A stretch of 64,000 nucleotides of DNA from Hydrolagus affinis (taxonomy: Eukaryota), in assembly GCA_012026655.1 (NCBI GenBank), contig JAAILG010000744.1:1-64000 (forward strand). The letters are read 5' to 3'. Of this stretch, positions 12,401-25,625 are shown in pieces (position 1 is the first letter of the stretch; every line of letters starts with the position of its first letter). Both the position numbers and the translations under genes were made by a program. The notes under the pieces were generated by a model. The model ran no database searches. It had not been told where the DNA came from and was given only the letters and a program-made list of their open reading frames with translations.

Positions 12401-14324
12401 AATTACTAGCAGACTGCTTAGTCTTTAGGCATTATAACATTTTCTTTTAATTCTTAAAATATAAGTAATATTGATATAATATATAGCAGGCTCTCAATTC
12501 TTTTCTAATTCTGCTTTAGAACAGCAAAATTCCCTAATTATACCCTTTTGTGAATCACATGGCAGTATTATTCTGTAATAGTTATGCAATCACAGTGTAA
12601 CTCAGCGTACCTTCGGGCAACATAGCTGTGCAGCAGGACTGGGTTAGACCAAGGTTAAATAACAGACAGAGATAGGAGCACAGGCACTAACACAGATAGC
12701 TTGCTTATTTACTTAGAATTTATCTATCACACCCATGATTCACACTGTACACTACTAGCCTTGTGCTAACCCTATTTTCACCAAGCAGACAAACCACAGA
12801 GCAATGATGTATAGTATAAACTGAATAAAGTTGCATAGCCTACTCTTGTTTCTATATTACTAAACTCCATGAGAACAACTAAAAGTGTGAACCTTTGCAG
12901 TTTGGGACCAAGTATATTGAGAATTATTTTCCCTTTGTACCAGATGGACCACCTGATTCTGAAATGAATGGAGCTTGCATTTTGACTCAGTCTGTGTGTT
13001 GCCCAGCCAGCTTTTTTCATCAGGAATTCTTGTAAGGTGTTACAAATGACCCATCTACTCTGTCCCTTCCTGCTGCGGTGTTTAGATCATCCATTTTGTC
13101 TCAGATTCCATCTAAGATTGTTTAAGATTGAAGTCTACAACGGTAGCACCAGGATGCAGTTGTGTAACTAGTTGGTCCATTATTGGTCAATATACCACAG
13201 GCAGACTATTAATTTTGGTCAACTGTAACATAGAAGTTACTCCACATATAAAAGTAGAAAGAGATCGACAGAGCGGGACTCTGGAAAGCAGAGTTGTTTC
13301 ATTTAAAAAAAAAATTACGTTACAAATACAACAAATTTTTATTTCATATATAATTTTCTTCCAGTTTTTCCTGCTAATTTTTTTCCCTAACCTTGCCAAG
13401 AAACAAGACATAGTCATCATACTGTTTGCACATGTGAGAGCCATCAGAATTTATTGAAGACGGATGCATTTTTCGTAACATGTTAGTTGGATGCAGATGA
13501 ATCATTAGGTAGAAAAATGTCATCTGATGAGATTCTTTAAGTTCATTGTTGAACTGTGATTGATATTTTTCTTCACAACTGTGACATAGATACCAGCTGT
13601 GTTAGAAAGTACTATAGTCCTTTTTAATCAGGCTCATCTGTTAGTTCATCTTTATCATAAAAGTACTATACACAGTACTCTCTTTATAGACAGGAAGGTG
13701 TGAACCTGTGAGGACTTCATTAAATTGACCACTTGTTAAATACAGGGAACTAGCTACAATATGTACATGCAATAACATATTCTCTTTCACAGTTATTATT
13801 TCAGATTAACAAGTGCAGAACTTGTAGATATTCCTCAATACGTTCTTTCTCTTCATAAGGACAAGGAACACTTTAAAGAATTCTGCAAGTGTGTTCCTGC
13901 TCCTTTAATTATCAGCACCCCTGTTGGTAAGAAAAATTCAGGAAACCAAATTTATTGGGTTAGTTTCGTGGTTAATTCATATTTGGAGAAGTTTTCATAA
14001 TTTCCTGTGTTATGGATCGCCAAACAGCTAGCCAACCAGGGAGAGCTGGCTGCAGGGAATCGGAAGTTGGGAGCAATGCTATGACTAAAGGTAAGTCCCT
14101 ATTTAGGAAGGATGATTCTACTCAAGCGATTAGGTACAAAGTTATGAATATTCATTACCACAAGGAGTGGGTTAAGAAATTTGGGTTAAACAATTTCACT
14201 AACGTTAGCCTTTGTTAAAATGTTGGTTTCCATATTTTGTATTTGAATGAAATATTATGAATGATTGACGGAAAAGCTCTCATTTTGGAAAACGGTTCTC
14301 TCTATTGGCTAATAAATGATATCA

Positions 14325-14432
14325 GCAAATGCTTTGGAGTGTCCACATAAACTGTGTGTCCAAAATCCCAACGTGGGGCTTGAACTCACAACTTTCGGAC
14401 TTACAGGTCCATCCAACTGAGCCAGGCTGACT
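14325..14432 (-). mobile_element. DeuSINE head fragment
   Basis: Minus strand GTCAGCCTGGCTCAGTTGG...GTTGTGAGTTCAAGCCCCAC. Confidence 0.65.
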
Positions 14433-14628
14433 GTATATAAAATGATTCCAGAGATTTATGTAAATCAATTCCAAATGAATAACAGCTGTTCTCATGACAA
14501 AGATTATTTGAAGAGTAAGTATCATATCACGCCTTTCGCCCAATTGTCTAACAGTCACTAAAAATTCCCCAATATTTTAAATACAACACAGGAATACAAT
14601 GCTTTTGTATTAGTAATTTCAAAACAAA

Positions 14629-14800
14629 GTACAGTTTATCTGGCACCCTCGGGACCTTGCCAATGCCGGTTAAAGCGCGTGCCGGATATTCGGCTGAAAA
14701 CGCAAAAATAGATAATTAATGCATTTAATTGAATGCAAACTTGTTTTGGATGTGCCGGTTATACGGAAGTTACGGTTGACCAGATAAACAGGCTTTTACC
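14629..14800. mobile_element. Tigger/pogo-like MITE remnant
   Basis: Begins TA-CAGT; inverted ends GTTTATCTGG / CCAGATAAAC; repeated internal TGCCGG motifs; locally CpG-rich. Confidence 0.55.
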
Positions 14801-16059
14801 AAGGGAAATGCTGCTATACCATGAACCAGCAGAGTGATAAGTCTCAAAACTAAAGCCTCCCACCACTATCAATAACAACTTGCATTTATATTACGCCATT
14901 CACACCGGTAGCATCTTGGAACATCAATTCTCTTTACTCTTGAATTAGATGGTTTGATACAGAAGGACTGAATTTTCCCTGTGTATTATGAATAAGAGGC
15001 AATTTTTCCATATTTATTGAGCAGAAGATTTATTGTCAATGCCACCCAGCTGCAACACTGCATGATTTAGCACAACTTTGGTTTAAAATTGAATCAAAAT
15101 ACAGTATTAGAACTAATTTTAGCACTTCAATACTGGGAGAACAAAACACAGCTCTGATTATTCTGGATTTATTGAAGGAGAAAGGCACTCTCAGGGTAAG
15201 CAGCCTGTGTGTCCGTGGTAATTGAATTTATTTATTTTATTTTGATAGATTTTCACATTTACAGGGCTCCATTGTGTAGCTTTCGATTCATCTACTTCAG
15301 TGGCTCTGCAGTGATGTAGTGAAAAGGCTCCCCTTCCCAGTGTCGCTCTGATGTTCCTGTTCCACTAAATCACATGAACACAGACGAGCCCCACAAATGT
15401 GAATATTAAGAAAACAAACTAAGAACCAACCTGAATAACATCCAAGAGCCAGTACTTACCTTAGAGTACCTGTCTCCTTTATAACAAGAATTTGGTTACC
15501 ACGAAAGCTACAACAGATCTGAAGCAATACTAGGTTTCATCTTACACCAGAGAGGAGATCCCTTACACTGATAAATGGCCAGTCACCGCAGAATGTTTTG
15601 CAGGCAGCGAAAACAGTGATTACTGGAGCTTGCTGCAATACTGTCCATCTCCCAAGGATCTGAAATCCCTGCAGCCATCCAGAACCTAGGGCTAGATCTA
15701 GTGATACCTATATCCAGCCCAGACTGTCTACATTTCCTCCCAAACCACAACATATCACCAGAAAACCATAATTGAGGTTACTTCTTCAAATTATTGGGGT
15801 AACCCAGTGGATTGGGCTTGGTTCTGTTATGTCTCCTTTAGTCAACAATGTCAATGGCGGAATCAACTTTGGAGGCTGTAGGTCACCAATACTCATGAAA
15901 CCAGGTGCTTCATGTTGTACTTTCAAAGCCAGAGGTACTCCTAGAGCAATATACTGCTACCACCAGCTCTCTTCTTCATGGTGTGAAAACCCACTTGTAC
16001 AGGTCAACAATTGAATTACCTCTTACTATCACTGGGGGACGGTCTGGTGGTAAGAAATA

Positions 16060-16520
16060 AAATGTCAAAACATGTCTTTAAAACTGCGCAGGCGCCAGTC
16101 TGTGTAAAAGCAGTGCTTTGTCTGCTGTTTCGGCTGCCGTGGAATTTGGCCTGCAATATGAACGGGATTCCACCCCACCCTAACCCTCAGGCAAAAGTGG
16201 AGAACTGCTTCTTGAAGTGGCTCAATCAAGATTTGTTTTTCTGGCCTTAATGGCTGTCAGAGTATTTAACCCAAGAATAGTACATAGGTCCTGTTTTAAT
16301 CGCGTGTAATGGCTTGTTTAAAAAGCTGCTGCGAATTTCCTTTTGCACCGCCAATGGCCAGAATAAACTGGCAGCCACGTGAGGAAAACACCAATTTAAC
16401 TTAATTACAGGGAAAAGATGGCCATCTCTGGAGCACTCAGACCATCTTCTCCAGAGCAAACAAATGCACTCCATTTGCATAACCATCCGCAAGACCGCAG
16501 AATCAAAACCAATACATGTG
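16060..16520. promoter_or_regulatory. Candidate enhancer / conserved non-coding element
   Basis: No recognisable TE, retained CpGs; TGCGCAGGCGC, TAATGG x2, CACGTG, TAATTA, AAGATGGC, ATTTGCAT. Confidence 0.45.
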
Positions 16521-17419
16521 CTATGATGTATTGGTTTTAATTTGTAATGCTTTTCCATTCATGAGGCAGCTGACATGTATGGGACCAAATTTCATTCCGA
16601 CTCATAAGTTCCAGAAACAGTTGACTTAAAGTACATGGTGGACCAAAAAAATCCCAGGTGACCTTCATATTGTATGACAAGACAATCTTTATTGCAGTCA
16701 ACAATCTTAGGATGTGGCAGAATAAATAGTATTAGATCGCAGGTTGATTGATAGCTGGCATGGAGTGACAAGACTGTAACTTAATAGAGTGGTTGCGAAC
16801 TATGAAGGCAAAGCAAAAGCAGTTTGTCAAAGTCACCAGAGCACTACAATTCTATTAGAGCCTCAAAAGTACTGCCAGATTACTGTCATTGAAAATAATA
16901 CAGAATTAATTGTTATATTAAAACTTTCCTGCTTCTTGTCCAGCAAAGGTGATGGATTGCTAGTTATAGAGTACAACTGACCTGAAAAATAGAAGGCATC
17001 ACAATAAAGGTAGAATTACATACTGTAGATGTATAGATTGCAAAGAGAAAAAAAAAGAGATCCATAAAGTTCACCCCCGGGAAAAACCTTCCATTCCACG
17101 GCACAACATGTACCCATATATTTCTCCATTCAGTCTTAGGAGAAGCAAAAAAAAACAGAGTAAACAACATAAAAGGCAATTCGAGGGGGAATACCTGGAA
17201 AATTATTCTCCAACCACAAAATGCAGTCAAGCAAGCTTGAGGAGAGGAGAACGGACTGAACAAACATTCTTTCAGATAATCCAAGGTAGTACAACAACAA
17301 ACAAAAAAATTACACTACTACAGTAGAATAAGATGAAGAAATGTTATCTTTCCGCAGAAGATAAACTACAGCTATAATGTATTTCCAGGAAGATAGGACT
17401 TTGCTCATATAAAAACTGA

Positions 17420-17701
17420 GCTACCATTGGTGACTGGGCTTTCAGCTTCTCTGGCCCCAGACTCCGGAACTCCATCCCACAGTCCCTTCGCCTTGCTTCC
17501 TCCCTTGTCTCCTTCAAGGCCGGTTTCAAGACCCTTCTTTTCAATCATGCCTTTTGCTGCCCTCCCAATCTTTCCCTCCCTTCCTTCCCCCTACCCGGCC
17601 CCTCCCCCATGCTCGGGACCCGAACTGTGACTGTTCATCGCCTTGAGAACTTCACCCGAAGTGAAAAGCGCTCTATAAATGTAATTTTGTTGTTGTTGTT
17701 G
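17420..17701 (+). mobile_element. L2 LINE 3' fragment
   Basis: Matches 53940-54222; (TTG)n end. Confidence 0.88.
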
Positions 17702-18662
17702 TGTATTATACTGTAATGTTAACAAAAAGGATTGGTATTCTTGAAGAATTAAGGCAAGTGGACCAAAACTACAATAAGTTTTGAGGATTTACAACATGAA
17801 CAAGCAACGAGGCTGAAACTTTGTGTTCAGGGTCAGAAATCTTTATTCATAATTTGAAGATGCATAAATTAAAAGTATCAGCCCCAAAAAACTAGAAAAA
17901 TAAAGAGGAATAAGTATAGACACAGATCATTAAATGCTCAATGGAGCATATAGCACCTGTGATGCTGGAACCACAGAAATGCCATCTCTGAAAAGCAACA
18001 GTGGCCTGAAATTCCACTATGCCTTAGCCTTAATACACAAGTCTTCAAATTTAAGATTGTGCAGAAATGAGGAAAATTCTTAAATGCAATTTTAATTTGG
18101 GAACTAGTTTTCTTCAATTTTGTTTTACTAGTACAGAAAAACTCAGAATGAGTTTGACAATTGCAGAATCACAATGTAGAATTAAATATTAGATTGATAT
18201 CTTGGGCCTCAAGATACATAATGTTGCAGGTCAGTCAGTGGCTTCTGTTAGCTTTTCCTCTTGTACGCCTGAAGTGCAGTTAGTCACCAGCATAGTGAGC
18301 CAAATGGTCTCCTTCTATGCTGTAATTTGAATGGTACTATGGCTCTGTCAATTTAAGTACATTGGATAGCGTCTATGGCTGTGCAAGGAATATAGCGAAT
18401 GGCTGAATGGACGCCTTGTTTCATATTTTATTGTAGGATTATTGAATTTTTTTGGCACACCATCTGGAAAGCGTCCACTCTGATGAGGTCACTTTAATTC
18501 AAAGCAGTTGGAACTGGAGTGGCTGTAATTCTTCTAACTCTGGTTACTTTTGACTTCTGTGATTTGCTCAAACATTTCACTGAATACACACACGTTGGGG
18601 AAATGTTAATAGACATCTTTGAACCATTCATCTTAGGAAAAGCAATACATGAGAGGGCGAAT

Positions 18663-18709
18663 GAAAGAAAGACAGACGGACAGACGGACAGGCGGACAGT
18701 CGGACACAC

Positions 18710-18778
<69 letters not shown>
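18663..18778. repeat. Compound (GACA/GACG)n-(GAAA)n microsatellite
   Basis: Directly visible. Confidence 0.95.
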
Positions 18779-19329
18779 ATATCACCTTCCATTATTTGTT
18801 ATGATGATCTTGGATCTGCAAGCAGCTTTATGCTGGAACTGTAAATAAGAATTATGATATGTGCCACAGAACATCAGCTCTTCACTATGTTGACAATACC
18901 CTCCTTTGTTTGAGGATGCACATATGCCTAAGATATGAGCTGGTGTTGTATTTGCAGGACTCTTGAGCTATAGGATTAGCTGGGATAAATTTGAAGTAAT
19001 ACCAATCACAAAAATGGTCCCTTATGTAGTACTGCAGTTTGAAATAGAGAAAGAATTCTGCTCAAAGTGCAAATCATATATTCTTTTGTGTTCAGCTCCA
19101 CTTGTCAATGCAAGTTCATCCCAGACCATCTGCAGGTGTCCAGCTGCTGGTGTTCTGCTGTATTGTATCCCTATATATACCTGCTATTGTGTCAGATATT
19201 TTGTGGGCTTGATCGTTATTGATAGCTGCCTTTTTACAGTTCTTAGATAACAGACTTCAAGATGTCATGTAAGAAGGTTTCATGATTCTGCGTGATTGTA
19301 AATCTTAAGACAAATGTCTCATGGGATAC

Positions 19330-19500
19330 AACAAGGTGGTATTTCAGGCTTCAATTGAGGTTACTCTTGGAATATTGTATCCAAATATTGGCACCTTTTT
19401 TTTAGAAAATGCTATAATGAAAGGATGTCACAAGACTCACCAATGACAATTGTAATTTTTTTAATCTAAGTTCTGAAGATGGACAAACAGAAGTGAACTT
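19330..19500 (+). mobile_element. Decayed CR1 ORF2 fragment
   Basis: TTGGAATATTGTATCCAAATATTGGCACCT resembles the LEYC.Q.W.P motif. Confidence 0.45.
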
Positions 19501-20427
19501 GGACAGTGAGTTAAACAATAAGATTGGAGATTAGGAATTTTCCCAAATTGATTCCTAGAAGGGAAACTGAGGTTTCATTTCTTAATTACTTTGTTTTAAA
19601 AGCACAGTATTAGATTAATATATGGAATAGGATTGCAGAGAGGATTGAGCCAGGCAGATCTGCAGTAGTCTAGGGCACTCCTGATGACAGACCAGCCAGC
19701 CTGACTCATCATCATGACTTGCAGACCATACACTCCGAGCATTAAAAATCTACTCGAGCTCTTCGCATCTATTCAGCTTTACTCATGTGTAACCCCCTAG
19801 CCTAGCCAATCTGCTTAAGAGCAGTACGTTTAAATCAGGCTTCCTGCTTCCAATTGCCTTTTTGCTGGAAGCGACAGTGCTTTGCCTCATACAATATAAA
19901 CTGGTTATAAATATTCTGAGAAACACAATGACTACTATGTTACTGGTGGCATGAAAATATCATCTCTGGAAAGTAATATTGGAAATGGACTGGATGAATA
20001 TTGTACAGTATTACTCAATTATAGAGGGATTGAATAGCCGAGGTGTTGTCAACAAAATTGTACCTATAGAAGGAATGGACTTGTTGGCTAAATGCTCTGT
20101 TCCCATGTTGGGAAAATTCCTTGCCTTTCCTTAGAATGGAAGAGATTGGGAATCTAGTATGTGGGAATTGTGGCCAGAACCCACATCCCCTCACTCAATT
20201 ATCCAGTGTTTTGGAGCACCCCAAATGTATGTGCGATTTCGAATTTACACATGTTTTGAAAGTTAGGCATTACTCCAGGGATCAAAGCCATAATTTGTAC
20301 TAGACTAGATTTTAAGCAGATGGGAGTTTGAACACATCTCTATCTCCTTGACAGAGGAGCTACAATAAATGCAGGTTTACCAGATGGGGTGTTTTTTTCC
20401 ACATCAAACACAGTTCGCTTCATCAGC

Positions 20428-20670
20428 AATAACAACAACAAAATTACATTTGTATAGTGCCTTTCACGTCAGGAGGACGTCCCAAGGCGAAGGACAATTA
20501 CTGCTTCAGACCTGAGTTGAGGACAGGGGAGGGAGGGAAGTGGGAATAAGGCGTTGCCGATGGGTTAGACAACTTAGAAACTGCTCAATGGTTGTGTTTT
20601 TGTCTATCTGGATACATCAATAACAAAATTACACTTATATAGCGCCTTTCACTCTGGGAAGACGTCCCAA
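20428..20670 (-). mobile_element. Two short L2 tails (about 20428-20560 and 20618-20670)
   Basis: (CAA)n AAATTACA...GCCTTTCAC..GGA.GACGTCCCAAG. Confidence 0.75.
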
Positions 20671-21361
20671 GAAGATGAATGTCCCAAGAACGTCCCTACA
20701 TGCTAGTTAGTAGAATTTGTGAACAGTCAGATTGGCAGTCAAGAATTCAAAAAAGTGTATTTATATCTGGCAGCTCAATCTTAACACTTGCACGATACAT
20801 GCGTAATGAGTTAGTCATTTGGTTTATAGAAATAACATGATAAAAATTGCAGAATTTGCAAAATACATTCCAATCATTATTTTGAGTACTGAACAAAAGC
20901 TTTTTTGAGATTATGCAGGGTTTACTGGTCCAATAGCAGTTGCTTTTCAATAAAAATATTAATAAAGAGACATTCATATGACCTCCTCCACAATAACATT
21001 AAAACCAGCCCCTTGTAAGCTCTAAGGTGGCTCAATGGACCACCCAAGAACTTTTAAGCAGCAATTTTTTAACACAGAGTGAAGCAATTTGCACCATCTG
21101 CATTTACATTGCGATGATGTGAATCGATGTTCCGCCATAACTGCCTCTCCTATTGGTTGCTCCAAGTGGTCTCCAAGGCTCGTAGATCCAGGACTCGGTT
21201 TCCAGTTTGATTAGTTTGCAGAGAGGTAAGCAGCTGTTGCTCAAGCCTGCAATTCCAACTGGTTCAATGCTATCAACAGGAGGACAGTGATAATGCTCTC
21301 ACACATTTCAAACTGAGCTGTGCTGCTCACTGAGAGGTTTGCAAGAAATATCTCATAACTG

Positions 21362-21418
21362 AGCAACAACAAGAACAAAATTAAATTTTTACAGCACCTT
21401 TCACTTCAGGAGGACATA
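21362..21418 (-). mobile_element. L2 tail only
   Basis: CAACAACAAG...CACCTTTCACTTCAGGAGGAC. Confidence 0.6.
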
Positions 21419-21851
21419 AGGGCTTAAACCTGCACTTATTGAATGTTTAATGAAAGTCACTGGGGGCAGAGATTCTTCCCATTTCACTCGTTAACCTTGC
21501 AAGCCAATGCTCTAATATGTAGGATGGTCCAATTGGACAAGCAGCAGGAATGTTAATTTTCTTCCAGATTGCAAACTGCAAGCCTGAGGCCTAGAAATCT
21601 TTTAGTTGTAGCCTTCAAAATAGCTGTGGAAAAACCATGCCCAATTCAGGCCTAAATTGAAGAGTTTCCCAAATTTTGGCATAATTTAAAAATTTTCAGC
21701 CGTGAGAAATTGAAGGCCTCTGATTTACAATCTGTGAATGTTACCCCAATTTCAGTAATATTTTGCAGATTTTACTGAAAACGAAATACCATAAATAGGC
21801 CGTAATCTGAAACCCAAAATAGGGTTTGGATCCATTGTTACTGGAGTCAAT

Positions 21852-22000
21852 CATAAGAAAATAAGAATAAGGAGCAGCAGAAGGCCATTCAGCCCCTCAA
21901 GCCTACCCCGCCATTCAATAAGATCATGGCCGATCTTCTAATCTAATACCATCTGCCTGCCTTATACCCATATCCCTTAATCTCTCTATCCATAAGAAAT
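21852..22000 (-). mobile_element. CR1 LINE 3' end
   Basis: ATAAGAA repeats and GGCCATTCAGCCCCTCAAGCC...AAGATCATGGC; homologous to 38335-38487 and 50472-50735. Confidence 0.8.
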
Positions 22001-23128
22001 CTTGTGATGAAACATCATCATGACCTAATTATCATATGAGGGTTAGCGAAGAAGAGGAAAAACGACTGTGTTCTCAGAAGTGCCTTTGGTTACTCCTCTT
22101 GAGATGACATTCTAAACTTTGAAGAAATGGTATTTCTTTCTTAAAAACCAAAGAAGCCCTGATTTATAGTGGCTCTTTTATCACCAAGCTTAATCTTTAC
22201 AGGCCCCATTACTATAGGGAACAAAATGCATATTGTCCTTGTTCTTTAAAGTGATTGAGTTTTTGATCTCTTACAGTCATTGCAACCAGAGCCAATCAAG
22301 AATGCCTCTGTCATTCTGTGCATTGATCAGTAGGAGGTGAGTCTGAGCAACCAAAGGAGGTAATTTCCCTTCCCTGGTGTGGAGGGCAAATCAACAATAC
22401 AGCCAATAACACTTAGGAAAGGTCATTCAATCGAATTGACAGATGTCTTACACTTCCACCCCCTTAAACCCCCTCCCCAGTACATTACATTTAAAATTGT
22501 CCATTGATGGCAAATATTGAAGCAGTTATTGAAGATGCCGTATAGTCCAATTGCAGGTTTGGCTTTGGTGAATTCTTTGATGATGAACTAAAACATATTG
22601 AACAGCGAATAAGTTCTGTGCCTCTCCTGAGCTTTCCAGCCTAACCCTGAAAGGGCATTTCATCAAAAAAAATGTCCAAGTATGTAAATACAGCATTTTA
22701 ACACCTTTAATTCTAGTATCTACATATCAATGGGAGTCACGTTCACTAATAATGCTGCCAGATTTGTTTTTGTTGCTGTTCACAAACAAGATTTTCTACT
22801 TCTGAGACTCCTCCTTGAATATAACTAATTCTCTGGAATGCCAGAGGCAGTCTAGCATCTTTGATACTTCCAGATTGCAAAACACTGTTTTGAAGCTAAC
22901 CTTATCACTTTTGAATTCTGTCTCTTGACCAGACAATGTTTTCCCACTGTAAGGATAGTCACCTGTGCCTTAACATGCACACACCGTGATCAAGCACATC
23001 AGTGACATCTGATTATACAAAATGGGTGGGGGGGAGCAGTGGTATGTGATGTGATCATTATCACCAGTGATCCCAGTTGACAACTAGATGCAAGGAGACA
23101 CTCTGGCTCCCTGACTAATTATAAATGG

Positions 23129-23293
23129 CAAAAACAGAAGTCGCTGGGAACACTCAGCAGGTCAGGCAGCATCCATGGAGAAAGGAAAGTGAGTCAACGT
23201 TTTGAGTCCACGACCCTTCTTGACCTGCTGACTGTTCCCAGTGACTTCTGTTTTTGTTTCAGACTTCCAGCATTTGCAGCATTTTGTGTTTTG
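23129..23293. mobile_element. Penelope-like element end in inverted configuration
   Basis: 36-bp inverted arms at 23129-23164 and 23221-23256 (2 mismatches); homologous to 57030-57165. Confidence 0.7.
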
Positions 23294-23459
23294 TTGATTA
23301 TAAATGGAGCTGCCATCATTGAGCTAGGGTCCAGCCACCATACAAATCCTTCACCACCAATTTAATTCAACTTCTAAAGTTACCAACAGAAGCACGTCAT
23401 TGCCACCCACGCTGGGGATAATTATCATACACTGCACTTTTCACCATAAACAAATGTAC

Positions 23460-23545
23460 ACTTTACAGTATATTCTGTGAAGCGCTTTGCGATGTGTAGA
23501 AGACGTGAAAAGCGCAATATCAAATGCAAGGATTATTATTATTAT
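23460..23545 (+). mobile_element. SINE tail fragment
   Basis: CTTTACAGTATATTCTGTGAAGCGCTTTG...GCAAGGATTATT. Confidence 0.85.
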
Positions 23546-23989
23546 ACAGACTAGGAAGAAAATTTGATGGCAGCTCTGCTTGGCTTCAATTGCAATGGGA
23601 GAAATTGGCCAGTTCTCCTATTAGGAAGGAGCTAGAAAATGAGATTAATAAAATGAGAGTGTGATTTAATAATACAGATAGAAATGGCAAAGATTTCATG
23701 GGCAAAATGGCCTACTTCTATGGTGGAAGAGTCCATGTTTCAACGTTGCTACATCAGATGAGGGCAGAATTCCTGGGCTGTGATGGCTCCAAGACAGAAT
23801 AGCTCCATTAATGTTCATTGCTTTTGAATGCCCAGTTTATATAGAACATTTCAGGGTGGATGGCTGGGAAACATGCTGTACATGCTGGACTTGAGCCGCA
23901 CAATCTGAAAATGATTTGTGTTCAGGTCTGGCTGCTGAGATCCGTGTGAGAAGTGATTTTAGGAGTGATGTACACCAATTCTCATTGCT

Positions 23990-24240
23990 ATATGTACAAT
24001 TAGTGGATATCCAGATTTTTAAGCTCCGCTTAACACGCTCGATGTAATTAAGAATGCGAAGTTCAGGGTTCCTCATTTCCAATCGCTTTACGTTGTGTTT
24101 ATTTCACAAGGGTAAACCGGAAAACTGAATGGCCCAATAGATAACAGATTGATTAACAGCTGATGGTTGTTGAATATATGAGTTGTTTGTCAGGTGCAAT
24201 TCACTGCAACAGCCCCTACTGTTCATTGAAAGGGAAGAAA
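23990..24240. promoter_or_regulatory. Candidate enhancer / conserved non-coding element
   Basis: CpG cluster; TAATTA, TGTTTAT, CCGGAA, TGATTAA, CAGCTG, CAGGTG. Confidence 0.35.
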
Positions 24241-25509
24241 TTGGGAAACATTCAGGTAATGGGAAAATATTCCAGATTCTATTTCTTGGTTAACATTTTA
24301 TGTAAATTTGTTATTAGTTTTTTTTTAAAAACTTTGCATCTGCCACAGATCTTTTGGGGGCTGTTAGATTCCTGTATAGTTTATCATTTACAATAGCATG
24401 ATACTCAGCACTGTTTAAATTTCAGTTCAGTTATACCAATGGTGATATGATTAGAACTGTAAATGTCACAGTGTGGCTGTTGTATTTTATACAAGAGCCT
24501 GCTTCAAACCTGTTGGAGATAACCTGGATAAGATCTGGTCAGAACTATTTTAATTTTACACTTGGGTATTTGATCATAATCTTCTTTAAATTAATTTAGA
24601 GATGCTTAAAAGACAATCAGCTTGTTGTATGGAACTCATCCTGTATTACCAAAACAACAGGGCAACCAACAATAGTAAAATATGTTGTAAACAATGCTCC
24701 TCTTCTCTCCCCTAAAAAAACAACCATCATATCAACAAAAAGTAAGATGGGATCCCAGCAAAAACAACCCTTGCCCAGCAAGAGGTCCATCACAGTGCAC
24801 TCTGGTTTATTCAATGTATATATTATTCGGTCAGTTTCTCTCCTTCCAGGTTTGCTGTATCCCCTATATATGCAGGTTATTCCGATTGAAACTTATCAGT
24901 ACTTGGCAAACTGCTCACGTTTATCAAATGGCAACATTGCTGGAATCCTCACTTTATTTCAGATCATTTCTAATGAAGAGATGCTGGATCTTGAAACATA
25001 TGTGACTCCATTTTGATTTCAACATGACACAGTCTATTAATCTGACAAAGGATCTTTGGTGCCACAGCATGTCTGGTGGAACTACCCTTCCAAAGTGACC
25101 GAACACATTAGGTTTGTCAGTACTGGTGGATTAAACCAAGACAAGGCACATATCTGATTGAACTCTGTGTCCAACACAGATCCGGTTTCTTCATTTGTCA
25201 GCAGGTGCTTATGGATGCTGAGAGATTGGAGGAGACACAAGCTAATATCCTAGAGAATCTGTGTTCAAATCTTGGATCAGATGTTTTTTCTGAATGGTCA
25301 AAAATCCTTTGGTTTGTTCGCAGTCTAGAAAGTTTATTTACAGACTGCCTAGATATGTCTCCAAAAGTGGGCAGCTGCATTGTTCAAAGAAGGGATGAGT
25401 GAAGTAGCCTCTCAATGAAATTGGGCCATTCATAACCAGAAAGGCTTCTCAGTATTCTCCCCTTTTACTCAATAGCAAAGTGATCTTGGACTGTCTGCTA
25501 ACAAATACA

Positions 25510-25625
25510 AAGTTCATATGCGTAAACTGGCTGCCGCGTTTTGCTCACAAACTATTCTGTGAAGCGCTTTAAGAAGTCTCAATGAGATAATAAGGTCTTT
25601 ATGAAATGCAAGGATTATTATTATT
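25510..25625 (+). mobile_element. SINE 3' fragment
   Basis: TGGCTGCCGCGTTT...TGTGAAGCGCTTT...GCAAGGATTATT. Confidence 0.75.

Noticed and set aside
13128-13230. CSC...IIGQ as a GIY-YIG remnant
   Set aside because: Too short and degenerate, with no other Penelope ORF motifs nearby
18494-18848. ORFs with FLSF or KKER repeats
   Set aside because: Translation of the (GAAA)n microsatellite
24747-25016. 89-aa ORF with an acceptor-like TTTCTCTCCTTCCAG near 24849
   Set aside because: No recognisable protein in any frame and no supporting neighbouring exon
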